64,000 bases of DNA from Lama guanicoe (Eukaryota): contig MU053557.1 in the NCBI GenBank assembly GCA_013239625.1, positions 4,122,123 to 4,186,122 on the forward strand, given 5' to 3'. Each line of letters starts with the position of its first letter. The stretch's first letter is position 1. The position numbers and the translations under genes are program-made. Shown in pieces: positions 26,385 to 38,155 of the stretch. The notes beneath the pieces were generated by a model. The model worked only from the letters and a program-made list of their open reading frames with translations. It did not search any database and was not told where the DNA came from.

Positions 26385-26680
26385 GGTGGCTCTTAATCTA
26401 GGCTGCATACTAGAACCATCCAGTAAATTTTTCTAAGTATGGTGCCAAGTCTCACCCCAGGTCAGTTAGTTCAGAGACTCTGGGTGATTAACCCACTTAC
26501 CCACCCCCAAGGTTGCCAGATAAAATACAGGATGCCCAGTTAAATTCGAATTTCAGATAAACAATGAATAATTTTCTAGTATAAGTATATCCCAAATATT
26601 ACATGGAACATACTTATGCCACATATTAGTAATTTTAAAAGGTCTTCAAGTGGTTCTAATTACAGCCAGGGCTGAGAAGG
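26385..26680. mobile_element. MER5-like element containing a half MER53 (about 26508-26618)
   Basis: ggttgccagataaaatacaggatgcccagttaaattcgaatttcagataaacaatgaataattttctagtataagtat is the MER53 arm; flanks carry ggctcttaatctaggctgcatactagaacc and caagtggttctaat...ccagggctgagaa. Confidence 0.75.
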
Positions 26681-27082
26681 ATAAAGTGGAAAGAGCAAAA
26701 GACCCAGGTATAAATCCTAGATCAGCCACTAGCCAGCTACTCTCTCTCTGAATCAACGAAGTGGGGAGGTTAGATTAGATGTTCTCTCAACAACTGTATA
26801 TATAGTGATGACAACTATTACAGAAAAACAAAGTTGAACATTGGAAAAAAGACAGGATCGAAATGTACTTACATGTTTATACTGGTTACGTCAGAACAGA
26901 ACTATGGGATTATGCATGATTTTTTTCCCCCTGTTCCATTTTCCAAACATCATTTCCATGTAATTTTTTTTCCTTTCATAATTACAAATTACAATGGAAA
27001 TTATTAATTCAGACCCCAGCTCTCCAGGGAGAGCCCAGAACTCCATGCAGGATTCCTCACGAGGTTGCCTCATGTGACTCAC

Positions 27083-27208
27083 CTGAGCTGCCTGTCCCTG
27101 CACACAGCCACCATCACTAGCAGGTTCCCCAGGATAGCCATCAAGATAACCGCTGAGAGAAATGTGAGCAGCACAACCTTCTCCACAGACCCAAAACCCT
27201 CCTTGGAA
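27083..27208 (-). CDS. HTR4: 5-HT4 receptor, 126-bp coding exon (N-terminus end, TM1, ICL1)
   Basis: Minus strand TTCCAG|T TCC AAG GAG GGT TTT GGG TCT GTG GAG AAG ... CAG CTC AG|GTGAGT translates [42 protein letters not shown], matching mammalian HTR4. Canonical AG/GT, phase 2-2. The ORF track shows this stretch only in other frames. Confidence 0.97.
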
Positions 27209-29849
27209 CTGGAAGACACATACACACACACACACAAACACAGAGAATTGAAGGAAACTCTGAGACACCGGAAAGAAAATTAATCTTTTCCTAATTCATC
27301 TTCAGAAAGGTGACTTCACCATTAGCAGCTGCAACACACATTTACTGTGTGAACATATGCCAATGTCTGTGCCTGTCGCTTTATGTGTTATCCTAGTTAA
27401 CTCCTACATGATGAGAAGGAAGAGGCTCAGAGAGGGGAGTCAACTACCCTGAGATTGTACAGTGATTCTGCATTAGAGAACCGAGGCTTTCCTTCAGAGC
27501 ACTTACCTCAGCTTGTGCTCAGAAAAGTATTTGGTTGATTCCTATTTGATGCATCTACTCAACTAGGTTGTAAGCTCCATGAGGCAGGGAACTTATCTGC
27601 TTTATCCACTGACAAATTCAATTTCAATGCGTCATTCACATTTATCAGATGAAGGAAAGATGGTGTTGGATGAGTGAATGATGGTAACTTGAACTAGGAT
27701 CTGTATGAATACAAAGGCCACCCTGTTTTCAGTTCCCCATCCCAGCCCATGCAGAAACTGCTGTGGGCAGGTGAGCTGTCCCAGGAACAGGTCATGGCTT
27801 AAAGGTTGCTCTTATATGACTGACTTGGACAAACTGATCTCAGATTCAGCCAAGTCCACCAGAGAGAAGCAGTCAATAAGCTCAAGGACTCCTTCCACTA
27901 CCCTGAACCACATTTCTTTTGGTGCCTAATAAAACAGTTCAAATTTGTGTTCTTGCCAATTTCAGTATCTGATCTGATTCTATAAACCCTGCTCTCCTAG
28001 TGGCAACTCAGCATTTTCTTTTACTAACTTGGAAACAGGTGTTCCTTATCAACAAAAGCATAATATCTGCATGCTATCAAGAAGCTACAGGAAGTTCTGG
28101 GTTTTAATAGAGTAGTAAAATGTTCTTTTTAGATAAATTTTCAAAGGATCTTAAAACTCTTAGACCCAAATGCACATTTCAATATGGAGAAACTAAGGCC
28201 CAGAGAGGGGCAACTGAGTTGTCAGAGAGGGCTGGTATCTGCCCTGGGAGAGGCTGCTGGTTCTGCAGGCCACCACTGGGAACACAGGTCCCAAGAATTA
28301 AGAAAGATCTGTTTTTACTGAGCTCTTTTGACTGAAAACCAAGATGGCTGCAGGTCTCAAATGTCAGCAGCCCAAGTCCTGGCCCTGGCCTTGTCCGGAA
28401 CTTTTTCCATTAGGCCTGGAATGGAGGACGAGGTGACAACTGGAATAAGGAGCCAGAAATTTTCACTATGCTCCCAAGTATTTTTATTGCTTGATTGAAG
28501 TCCTTCTGGCTAGGGTTCAAATTAAAAGAAATCTGAGGTATGTTCCTCTAAATCACCCTTCCACACCTAAATTCCAACTACTGTCCAGTACAAATATTGC
28601 ACAGGTAACATTTAACCCAAAGAGGAAAAAGACTTCAAAAGAGTGTTCTGGCTACCTGAAACTATTCTGACTTTAGGTCATGTTAATCGAGGGAAAGTGT
28701 CTGATAAAGGAGGTGATAGTGGTTTTCTCCTTATCCTCCTTGGAGACTGACTGAGAGCCTGTCTGAAATTCATTCCCCTCTCAAGGCCTCTACACTTGTG
28801 CCTTCTTCTGGAAAGCTTCTCCTCCACATTCAGATCTCAGGTGAAAGTTAACCCCCATTTAATGTGCCACAGCCAACAAACCTCCTTTGTTTTCTATACA
28901 ACATTTACCGTTGCTTGAAGTGACTCCTATTATTATTGTCTGTGCCCTACCCTCACAGGTTGACTTTGGTTAATTTTTCACCACAATTCCCAGTGCCTGG
29001 CACAGTGTCTAATCTATAGTATGTATAGTGTAAAGGTAGATGTAGTATACAGGAAGTGCACAATTACTTGCCAATTGGGTGAAAGACACTGTATTCATAA
29101 TGGTGAGGTTTATTCTTCAATTTCTTTGAAGACAGGTTGAAGGTACAGAGAAGTTTTACATGTAGAAGAGAAGACCCAAGGATGAGACATAAAAGCTATT
29201 TTTAACTATCTGAAGAACTGTCCTTTGAAATAAGAGATTTATGTATTCATCCACTCAACAATACTTTCTGAGTACCTACCCTCCCTGCATTAGGCAACGT
29301 TGTGTTTGTAGGGAAGCAAAAATAAGCAAAACAGAGAGCAATGAATGATAAGCAAGAAAATACGTAAAGTGAGCTAGTAATAAGAACTATGGCAAGAAAT
29401 CTAGGAAGGAGAGGAAGACAGGACTGTCAGCGGAGACTGAAGGAGTGGCTTTTGAATGGAGGTTGTCAGAGAAGGCTCAGGGATAGGGTTACCATACTTT
29501 ATGTCCTGCAGGTTGTGTAGCTAAGGGGGGCCAGTGAGCAGACCATAAGCATTGGTTCTCAACTTTGGCTGTATACTGAAATCACCTGAAGAGCCTTAGA
29601 AAACGCTGCTGCTAGGGCCCATCCTCAAAGATGCTGAATTAATTAATTTGGGTTGCAGTCTGAATATTGGCATTTTTTAAAGTTCCCAAGTGATTCTGAT
29701 GTGCAACCAAGATTGAGAATCACTGCTAGAGGGAGGCAAGATTTGTAATGGATGAGAACTTTCTAATAACTAAAGATGATCTACAATAGGTCCCCAGTGT
29801 CGTTTTGAGTTCCCTGGTTCAGGGAATATTTAAGAATACCTAGCTGTCA

Positions 29850-30872
29850 GTTAGATACTCCTTCACACCCATTAGGATACTTATTATAAAGACAAAACAA
29901 AACTGGTGGGAAGGGATAAACTGGGAGTTCGAGATTTGCAGATACTGACAGGTATATATAAAATAGATAAACAAGTTTATACTGTATGGCCCAGGGAAAT
30001 ATATTCAAGATCTTGTAGTAGATCACAGTGAAAAAGAATATAAGGATGAGTGTATGTGTGTTCATGTATGACTGGAAAATTGTGCTGTACACCAGAAACT
30101 GACACAACATTGTAAACTGACTATAACTCAAGAAAAAAAGAAAAAGGAAAAAAAAACCCAAAAATAACAAGTACTGGTGAGAATGCGGAGAAGAAATTGG
30201 AACCTTTGTACATTGCTGGCAGAAATGTAAAGTGGTGCAGCTGCTACAGAAAGCAGTTTGGTGGTTTCTCAAAAAGCTAAATATAGAATGACTATATGAT
30301 CCAGCAGTCCTAGGTATACACCCTAAAGAATCAAAAGCATGGACAGATATGTGACAGACATGTGCAGTCCAATGTTCATAGCAGCATTATTCACAATAAT
30401 CAAAAGGTGGAAACAACTCAAGTGTCCACTAACAGATGAAAGGGTAAGAAGAAAGTAATGTATGCATACTACAGAATTTTATTCAGTCATAAAAAGAAAT
30501 AAGTTCTGATCTATGCTACAACATGGATAAACCCTGAAAACATTATGCTAAATGAAATAAACCAGACAGAAAAATACAAATATTGTATAATTCTGCTTAT
30601 ATAGAAGAGCCTAGAGAAGGTGAACTCATAGAGAAACAATCAGAATAGTGGTTACCAAGGGCTGGGGTGGGTGGGGGAGAAGGAATGGGGAATTATTTAA
30701 TGAGTGCAGAGTTTCTGTTTGGGGTGATGAAAAATTCTGAAAATGGATAATAGTGACGGTTGCACACCATTATGAATGTACTTACTGTCGCTGAATTGTA
30801 CATGTAAGATGGTTATTTTATGTATTGATGGTAAAGTTTATGTTATGTATATTTTATCACAATAAAAAAAAT
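29850..30872 (+). mobile_element. Older L1 (L1MB/MC-like) 3' end
   Basis: cacacccattaggat...aaaataacaagtactggtgagaatgcggag...gagtttctgtttggggtgatgaaaaattctgaaaatggataatagtgacggttgcaca...attttatcacaataaaaaaaa. Confidence 0.85.
29904..30156 (+). mobile_element. Younger L1 3'UTR fragment nested in the older L1
   Basis: Same family as 18429-18706 (gggaagggataaactggg...gacacaacattgtaaactgactataactcaa plus A-tail); interrupts the A-rich aaaacaaaac of the host L1. Confidence 0.85.
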
Positions 30873-31876
30873 ACATGGATGACCATATATCAGGATGCTG
30901 TATAGGGCTCTTGTATTGGAGACTAGTGAGACTGGCTGATTTTAGGCCCCTTTCTTATCTATGGACAGTGATCTGAACATATCCTCAGAACCACACCCTC
31001 GCCATTAGAACCACCTCCCCTGCACTGCCTTTCCTTTTGTAGAAGAAAAGAACAGATTCAGAATCTATGTTGAACATCTCTGGCTCCACAGAACATATAT
31101 TTCAAATTAAGTGGGAATGTCAGGGTCAGAGGACCCCAAGTTCAATGTTATGCTTCATCTGTGGCTTGCCAATTAGGAGCTAGACGTAGCTAAGCTTTAA
31201 ATTGTGAGTGATAAGCAAAACACAGCCATAGAAGTAGCATTTTTAATCAGGCAGAGCTGTCCATTGAGGTAAATGTAAATCCAGTCATGATAATTAAAAT
31301 AAATTAGGAACCACTTCTGCTCACTCCATGTTAGATTCCTGGGTTACCTCTGACACCCTCCAAGAATACGATCAGCCACTACCAGGCAGTTCTGACCTGG
31401 CCAGAGAGCTGTCTCCTTCACTAAATCCGTTCTTTGACAGTTAGTCTTATGAAATTTTACTTTCAATTAATAAAGAAACCCCACAAACTGTCTCTGTTGA
31501 ACATTTTCTCTGTTCTCCATAAAAGAATACCTATTACAATAATTCTGGGTAAATTTCCACATAGGTTAGTGGATGTGAAAATGGTTTGTAAATGACAAAG
31601 TGAATATGAGTAAGTAATCATTGTTACCAATATCAGAAGTCCTTACAGGGACAATGAGGAAGCTGAGGTTGTGCTTTACTACACCATACCGAACAACTGG
31701 TTTCAAGGTCTCACACACAATGCATTTTCTTAGGAGTCAAGAATAGTTTTCTCTCTCTCTCTCTTTTTTGCCCTGGCTTTATTAACAACAGCTATGTAAT
31801 ATCAAAAAAAGTCAATCACCTTTTCTGAGCCTTAGTTTCATCCTCGATCAGCTAAGAAAGTTTAGAGTAAATCTCT

Positions 31877-33135
31877 CATTTATCAAATATGTATTTACTG
31901 CCAACCATATGCCAAGAGCCACTCTAAGTACTAGGACACAACAGTAAAGAAGGTGGACAAGGTCCCCACCTTCATGGAGGTCTCACACCACTGATGGAAA
32001 CAGACAATAAGCAATTACACAATTAAAAAAATAAAGAAACATAGTTCATGATCAGTATTTCGAAGTCATACTCTCAAATCTTAATGTTCATACGCATCTA
32101 GTGGGGATATTGTTAAAATGCAGATTCTGGTTATTTTGATCTGAGGTGGAGTCTGGGGTTCTGCTCTGCTCATGAGCCCACAGGCTCATGAAGAGCATAA
32201 GTGAAGCTCTTGCTGCTGGTTCACGAATCACACTTGGAGCAAGGGCACTAGCATGATGGTGATAGAGAATTGGGTTAGAGGGAAACTTTAGGCAATTAGG
32301 GAACACTGGTCTTAGCTGATAAATGTGAAAGATCCATGAGTTAGAGGCATCAGGAGAATAGCAGATGCAAAGGCCCTGAGACAGGAACGACTTTGCATAT
32401 TCACTATTGGGGAGAACAAGCAAGGAATAATAAAGACTCAGAGATGAGCTCCAAAAAAGTAGTCAGGGGTCAGATTCTGAGGGCTTTGGATGTGCTGCTG
32501 AGAAATTCATGTTTTATTAGACAATAAATGAGAATACACTGAAGTGATTCAAGCAGAAAAGCGACATTGGGGATGTAAATGTGAGAGAAAGTAAGTAAAC
32601 TTGTCAGAGGCCTTTGCCAGGGTCCAAGTAAGGGGGAAAAATGGCTTGGAGTAGGGTGGTGGTGACGAAGATGGAGAGACGTGGGTGGAATAAAGGTATA
32701 GGTAAGAACAATATATTCCATGGTGGATAGAAAGAAGCAGAAATAAAAGTTATAATTCTGATTTGCTTATCTGAGTAAAAGATGGTACTATTTAATGAGA
32801 TGGGAAAACATGTTAAGTGTTGAGATACGTATAAACATTCAAGGGAAGATGCCAATTAGGCACTTGGATACTCATGTCTGGAGCTCAGAAAGGATGCCTG
32901 GGCAGGATATATACACGTGGGATTTCCAGCATTTCTATGGGATTTAGAGCCCAAGGAAGGATGCAATCACCTAAGAAAAGGGCCAGAGTCTTGATGAGCT
33001 CTGAAGCTGAGATACACAGTAGAGAAGGAGGAACCAGCAGAGGAAACTGAGAAAGAAAGCAATGGAGACATCCCTATGGACTGTCGGAGGAACACCAGAT
33101 GAGTGTGTTGTTGTGGAAGCCAAGTGCAAAGAAAA
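31877..33135 (-). mobile_element. L2 LINE with internal MER5A (about 32065-32250)
   Basis: L2 3' end reverse complement catttatcaaatatgtatttactgccaaccatatgccaag; gcaaaggccctgagacagga; MER5A ttgttaaaatgcagattctg...cacacttggagcaagg. Confidence 0.75.
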
Positions 33136-33782
33136 TGTCAAGAGAGAAAAAAAAGTGTTCCTTGATAGTTCCCTGGGAATACTGCAGGGCCATTTCTGGG
33201 AACAAAAAGAAACAAGGAGGTAGGGCAACTGTAGTAGTTCTTCACTTTCTTTTTTTTTCTTTTTTTCCTCTTTTTAAATTAATTTTTCTGTTGAAGAATA
33301 GTTAATTTACAATATTGTGTTAGTTTCTCGTATACAGCAAAGTAATTTAAATGTATATATATTTAAATATATATAATATATATAAAACATATTCTTTTCC
33401 ATTACACGTTATTACAAGATACTGAATATAGTTCCCTATGCTATACAGTAGAACCTTGTTGTTTATCTCTTTTTTAATTAATTAATTAATTTATTTATTT
33501 TTTACCAGTATATATATATTTTTAATTTCGTTTTTTATTGAAGTGTAGTTGATTTATAATATTAGTTTCAGGTGTAAAGCAAAGCGATTCAGTTATACAA
33601 ATGCATACTTTTTTTCAGATTCTTTTCCGTTATATGTTATTACAAGAAATTGAATACAGTTCCCTGTGCTATATAGTAGATCCTTGTTGTTTATCTCTTT
33701 TATGTATAGTCATATGTATCTGTTAATCCCAAACTCCTAATTTATCCCTCCTCCACCCTTTCTCCTTTGATAGACATAGTTT

Positions 33783-34725
33783 CTTTTCTTTTCTTTTCTT
33801 TTTAACATTTTTTATTGATTTATAATCATTTTACAACGTTGTGTCAAATTCCAGTGTAGAGCACAATTTTTCAGTTATATGTGAACAGATATATATTCAT
33901 TGTCACATTTTTTTCTCTGTGAGATACCATGTATTTCCCTGTGCTATACAGTATAATCTTGTTTATCTATTCTACAATTTTGAAATCCCAGTCTATCCCT
34001 TCTATGAGTCTATTTCTGTTTTGTATTTATGCCTTGTTTGTTTGTTTTTAGATTCCACATATGAGCGATCTCATATGGTATTTGTCTTTCTCTTTCTGGC
34101 TTACTTCACTTAGAATGACATTCTCCAGGAGCATCCGTGTTGCTGCAAATGGCGTTATGTTGTCAGTTTTTATGGCTAAATAGTATTCCATTGTGTAAAT
34201 ATATGACTTCTTCTTTATCCAGTCATCTGTTGATGGACATTTAGGCTGTTTCCATGTCTTGGCTATTGTAAATAGTGCTGCCATGAACATTGGGGTGCAG
34301 GTGTCATTTTGGAGTAGGGTTCCTTCTGGATATATGCCCAGGAGCGGGATGACTGGGTCATATGGTAAGTCTGTTCCTAGTCTTTTGAGGAATCTCCACA
34401 CTGTTTTCCACAGTGGCTGCACCAAACTGCATTCCCACCAGCAGTGTAGGAGGGTTTCTTTTTCTCCACAGCCTCTCCAGCATTTGTCATTTGTGGATTT
34501 TTGAATGATGGCCATTCTGACTGGTGTGAGGTGATACCTCATTGTAGTTTTGATTTGCATTTCTCTGATAATTAGTGATATTGAGCATTTTTTTTTCATG
34601 TGCCTATTGATCATTTGTATGTCTTCCTTGGAGAATTGCTTGTTTAGGTCTTCTGCCCATTTTTGGATTGGGTTGTTTGTTTTTTTCTTATTAAGTCATA
34701 TGAGCTGCTTATATATTCTGGAGAT
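33783..34725 (-). mobile_element. Young 5'-truncated L1, same subfamily as 16727-17582, sense to HTR4
   Basis: 188-aa ORF2 C-terminal ORF at 34048-34614 with 154/170 residues identical to the 16743 ORF; AATAAA (minus) at 33811-33816; (AAAAG)n tail. Confidence 0.95.
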
Positions 34726-35328
34726 GTTTATCTATTTCATATATAGTAGTTTGTATCTGCTAATCCCAACTCCTACTTTATCCCTCCCACCCTTCTTTCC
34801 CCTTTGGTAATCATAAATTTGTTTTCTATGTCTGAGTGTTTCTGTTTTATAAATAAGTTCATTGGTATCATATTTGAGATTCCACACATAATGGAATCAT
34901 ATGATATTTATCTGTGTCTGACTTACTTCACTTAGTATGATAATCTCTAGGTCCATCCATTGCTGCAAATGGCATTATTTCATTCTTTTTTATGGCTGAG
35001 TAGTGACCCATTTTATATATATATATATATCACATCTTCTTTATCCAGTCATCTATCAATGGATATTTAGGTTGTTTCCATGTCTTGACTATTATAAACA
35101 GTGCTGCTATGAACACTGGGATGCATGTATCTTTTAGAGTTAGACTTTTCTCCAGATACATGCCCAGCAGTGGGATTTCTGGGTCATACAGTAATTCTAG
35201 TTTTAGTTTTTTAAGGAACCTCTATACTGTTTCCCACAGTGGCTGCACCAATTTACATTCCCACCAACGGTGTAAGAGGGTTCCCTTTTCTTCACACCCT
35301 CTCCAGCATTTGTTATTTGTAGATTTTT

Positions 35329-35720
35329 CTTTCTTTAGGTAGGTGAATGATTTTATTATCTAAAATAGTAATTTAAGACTGTGTTACTTTGTTTTAAAAG
35401 GTATTTCAGATTTTTAAGTGGCTGTAAAATGATAAAATAAAAGTAAAGTCCAACAAAAAAGTTATTTTTAGCTTGACCCAATTTCCTTAAACCAAGTGTT
35501 CTTAGGTCACTTCAATATGTGGTTTTATGGATATTCAAATATCTTCTTAAGTTCAATTCCAACTACAACAAATGATTTCTTCACTTACAGACTTCTTAGT
35601 AAAATTTTAAAACTCAGGCAGGAAGAATGCCAACACAGATCAGTTAGATAGACTTTAGCAAGATTAATCTATATAAAGCACTCCAATCTCTTATACTTCA
35701 ATTAACACAATTTTTCTTCA
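35329..35720 (-). pseudogene. Polyadenylated non-repeat insert inside L1 (retrocopied 3'UTR fragment or orphan transduction)
   Basis: Interrupts the host L1; AATAAA (minus, 35352-35357) about 15 nt before a short A-rich tail; flanked by ttgtagattttt / ttgtacacatttt. Confidence 0.6.
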
Positions 35721-36459
35721 TTGTACACATTTTAATGATGGTTATTCTGACCAGTGTGAAGTGATACCTCATTGCAGTTTTGATTTGTGTTTCTCTAATA
35801 ATTAGCAATGCTGAGCATATTTTCATGTGCTTATTGACCATCTGTATGTCTTCTTTGGAGAAATGTCTATTTAGTCTTCTGCCCATTTTTTGATTGGGTT
35901 GTTTTGGTTGTTGTTGTTATTGAGTTGTATGAGCTGTTTGTATATTTTAGAAATTAAGCCCTTATTGATTGCATCGTTTGCAAAGATTTTCTTCCATTCC
36001 ATAGGTTGTCTTTCTGGTTTTTTTTTAAAATGGTTTTCTTTGCTGTGCAAAAGCTTATTGAACTCTGCAAAAACAAATTATGTTTGACAACAGAGTTCCA
36101 TCACTGGTCCAATGATCTCTGCAGAATGTGCCTCCTCTGCCACCCATTATGAATGCCCACCACATAGGAAACATCCTTTTTGAAAATACACACAGCACAT
36201 CCACAAAGGATCCCAAGTAGTTCAAAATACTCCCTATACAAGTGCTTCTCTCACCCATCCTGCCCACCACCGCACAGTCTTTTGTGAAATAATTGCATGC
36301 AAATGAGAGAAAACAGTGTTCTTTTTCTTACCAATCAGCACTCAGCACAAAGAATGCAAAGGCACTCAGACTTAAGAGAGAGCCTGCCTAAAACTGGATT
36401 TTTTTTCCTAGTACGAATTTTATTAAACTTAAATGTAAGCTCACTGGTGTTTCCTGCTG

Positions 36460-36990
36460 TTTAATTATAAAAGACTGGGCGTTGCCCAAGGTGGTCTTAA
36501 CTTTCCACTCAGCTAGACTAAAGTTTAGACAGACCTCTTCCTGAGTCTAGGCTCTGGCCTCCCTTTTATTAGAGCATTTTACTTTGGAAAACGTCTCATT
36601 GTAAAATCTTTACCTGGTCCTTTGGAATGAAAATCTCTTAAAAAGCCCCCTGCCAGTTTTTCAAACTAAGATTATCTTCCTTAAGGATCTGGTAGCCATC
36701 CCTTTGCAATGTAATCCTCTGTGGGAGGACAGGAGCCTGGTTTCCTAACTTCTGTGGGCACGTTGCTCCAAGTTGTAAAACTACCTCCTGTTGCCTTAGG
36801 GTAAGGCCAATTAGCAAACACTGATGGTCTAGGATCCCTACCACCACTCCATTTCTGAAAGCCTCTCTTGACCACTGTTTCAGAGAAACTGAATTCAGAC
36901 TATATCCTGGTCTCTCGCCTCTACTGCAATAGCTTTGAAAAAAGTTACTTCTACCTGTTAACTCAGTCCAGCGGAATTTTTGCTTTGACA
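36460..36990 (+). mobile_element. ERV1-class solo LTR (MER67-like)
   Basis: actaaagtttagacagacctcttcctgagtctagg...agagcattttactttggaaaac...agccatccctttgcaatgtaatc...ctactgcaatag...tttgaca (CA end). Confidence 0.7.
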
Positions 36991-37302
36991 GAATACATTT
37001 TTTTTTTACCACTAACTATGTCATACAGGTACTGTCTTCATTACCTTTATTAGTTGCCATGAACAAAATCCGTGACAGTTGGAATACATATAGGAGAGTT
37101 AAACTCAGCTAATATGTGGGTTGGCAATATTTCTTCTGTAAATTAATTTTTAAATGCCTTTTTAATTAAAATAGAAATAGCAGAGTCCATGAGTAAGTTT
37201 ATTGTTTTCCCCAATAACCAAAAAACTTGAAAAATAATGTACCTGTAACCTTTTTAAAGGTTATATCATTCCTTTAAATATATGTACTTTTTTCTAGGTT
37301 TC

Positions 37303-37712
37303 CTGAGAGACAGACAAACAATAGCCAGATCCTACATAACAATAAAATTCTGACAATCTCTGCAGCAACCAGCCAAGAAAGGTCAGGGCTTGTCCAATGA
37401 CCTAGCATCCATATTTTTCCCCTCCTACCTGCTTCCAACTGAAGACTAACCACAGAAAGCCAAATATGCTCCCCAAAGCAATTACATTAGATGTCCCCCA
37501 CTTCCTGCTAGTGTACCTCCTGCTTCTCTATGCCAACAACCTCTGATTAAAGCACCGCTAAAGCCCAGTTTTTTTCACTACAGGCTTTTCTACACTCCCT
37601 CCTGACTTTGAGCCTTTGCTAAATGCAAATGATGATGGCCAACTCCCTTGCTACAGCAAGCTCTGAATAAATAGCCTTTGTTCTCTTTGGTGTGGTCTCT
37701 GTTTGTTTCCAC
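37303..37712 (+). mobile_element. ERV solo LTR (MER110/MER90-like; family uncertain)
   Basis: TG...CA ends; agaaagccaaatatgctcccc; ctcccttgctacagcaagctctgaataaatagcctttg poly-A region. Confidence 0.65.
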
Positions 37713-37967
37713 ATTCTGTCTATGCTCTAGATGTTACACTTACCTGGAACCTGGATTTTCAAATTAGGTAGAAGTCTTTCCAGGTGAAAAAGTATTCTTA
37801 ATTATTTGGTTTATGTTACTTGGATTCTTAATGGTAACTTTTCAGTTATCCCAGTTAACTTTTTTAAAAACAGTTTTCTTTTTTTCTTAAAAACATTAAA
37901 AAAAACAAAAACAGAAAGACTAAATAAGATAATTCATATAAAATGGTTCCATAATAACAGTATCAGA

Positions 37968-38155
37968 ACAGTGGTGCTACAGAATCACCAGGGAGCATCA
38001 CAATTATCTGGAAGGCTTGGTTAAGATGCAGATTGCTGGATCCACCAACACAGTTTCTAATTCAGGACATCTGGAATGAGGCCCCCATATCTGCATTTCT
38101 AACAAGTTCCTAGGTGATGCTGATGCTGCTGTTCTGGGAACCATTCTTTGAAGAC
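37968..38155. mobile_element. MER5A DNA transposon
   Basis: cagtggtgct...gatgcagattgctgg...atctgcatttctaacaagttcctaggtgatgctgatgctgct. Confidence 0.8.

Larger units (their letters stand above)
33250..36058 (-). mobile_element. Nested L1 cluster: host L1 3' portion in three pieces (about 33250-33473, 34726-35328, 35721-36058) plus two insertions
   Basis: The host pieces join into a colinear antisense L1 3'UTR/ORF2 end: ...ccttgttgtttatct | atttcatatatagtagtttg...; ...ttatttgtaga | ttttaatgatggttattctgacc... Confidence 0.88.

Noticed and set aside
27990..28006. CTCF-like motif, and an RE1/REST-like near-match at about 53855-53875
   Set aside because: Several mismatches in core positions; not supportable without ChIP data.
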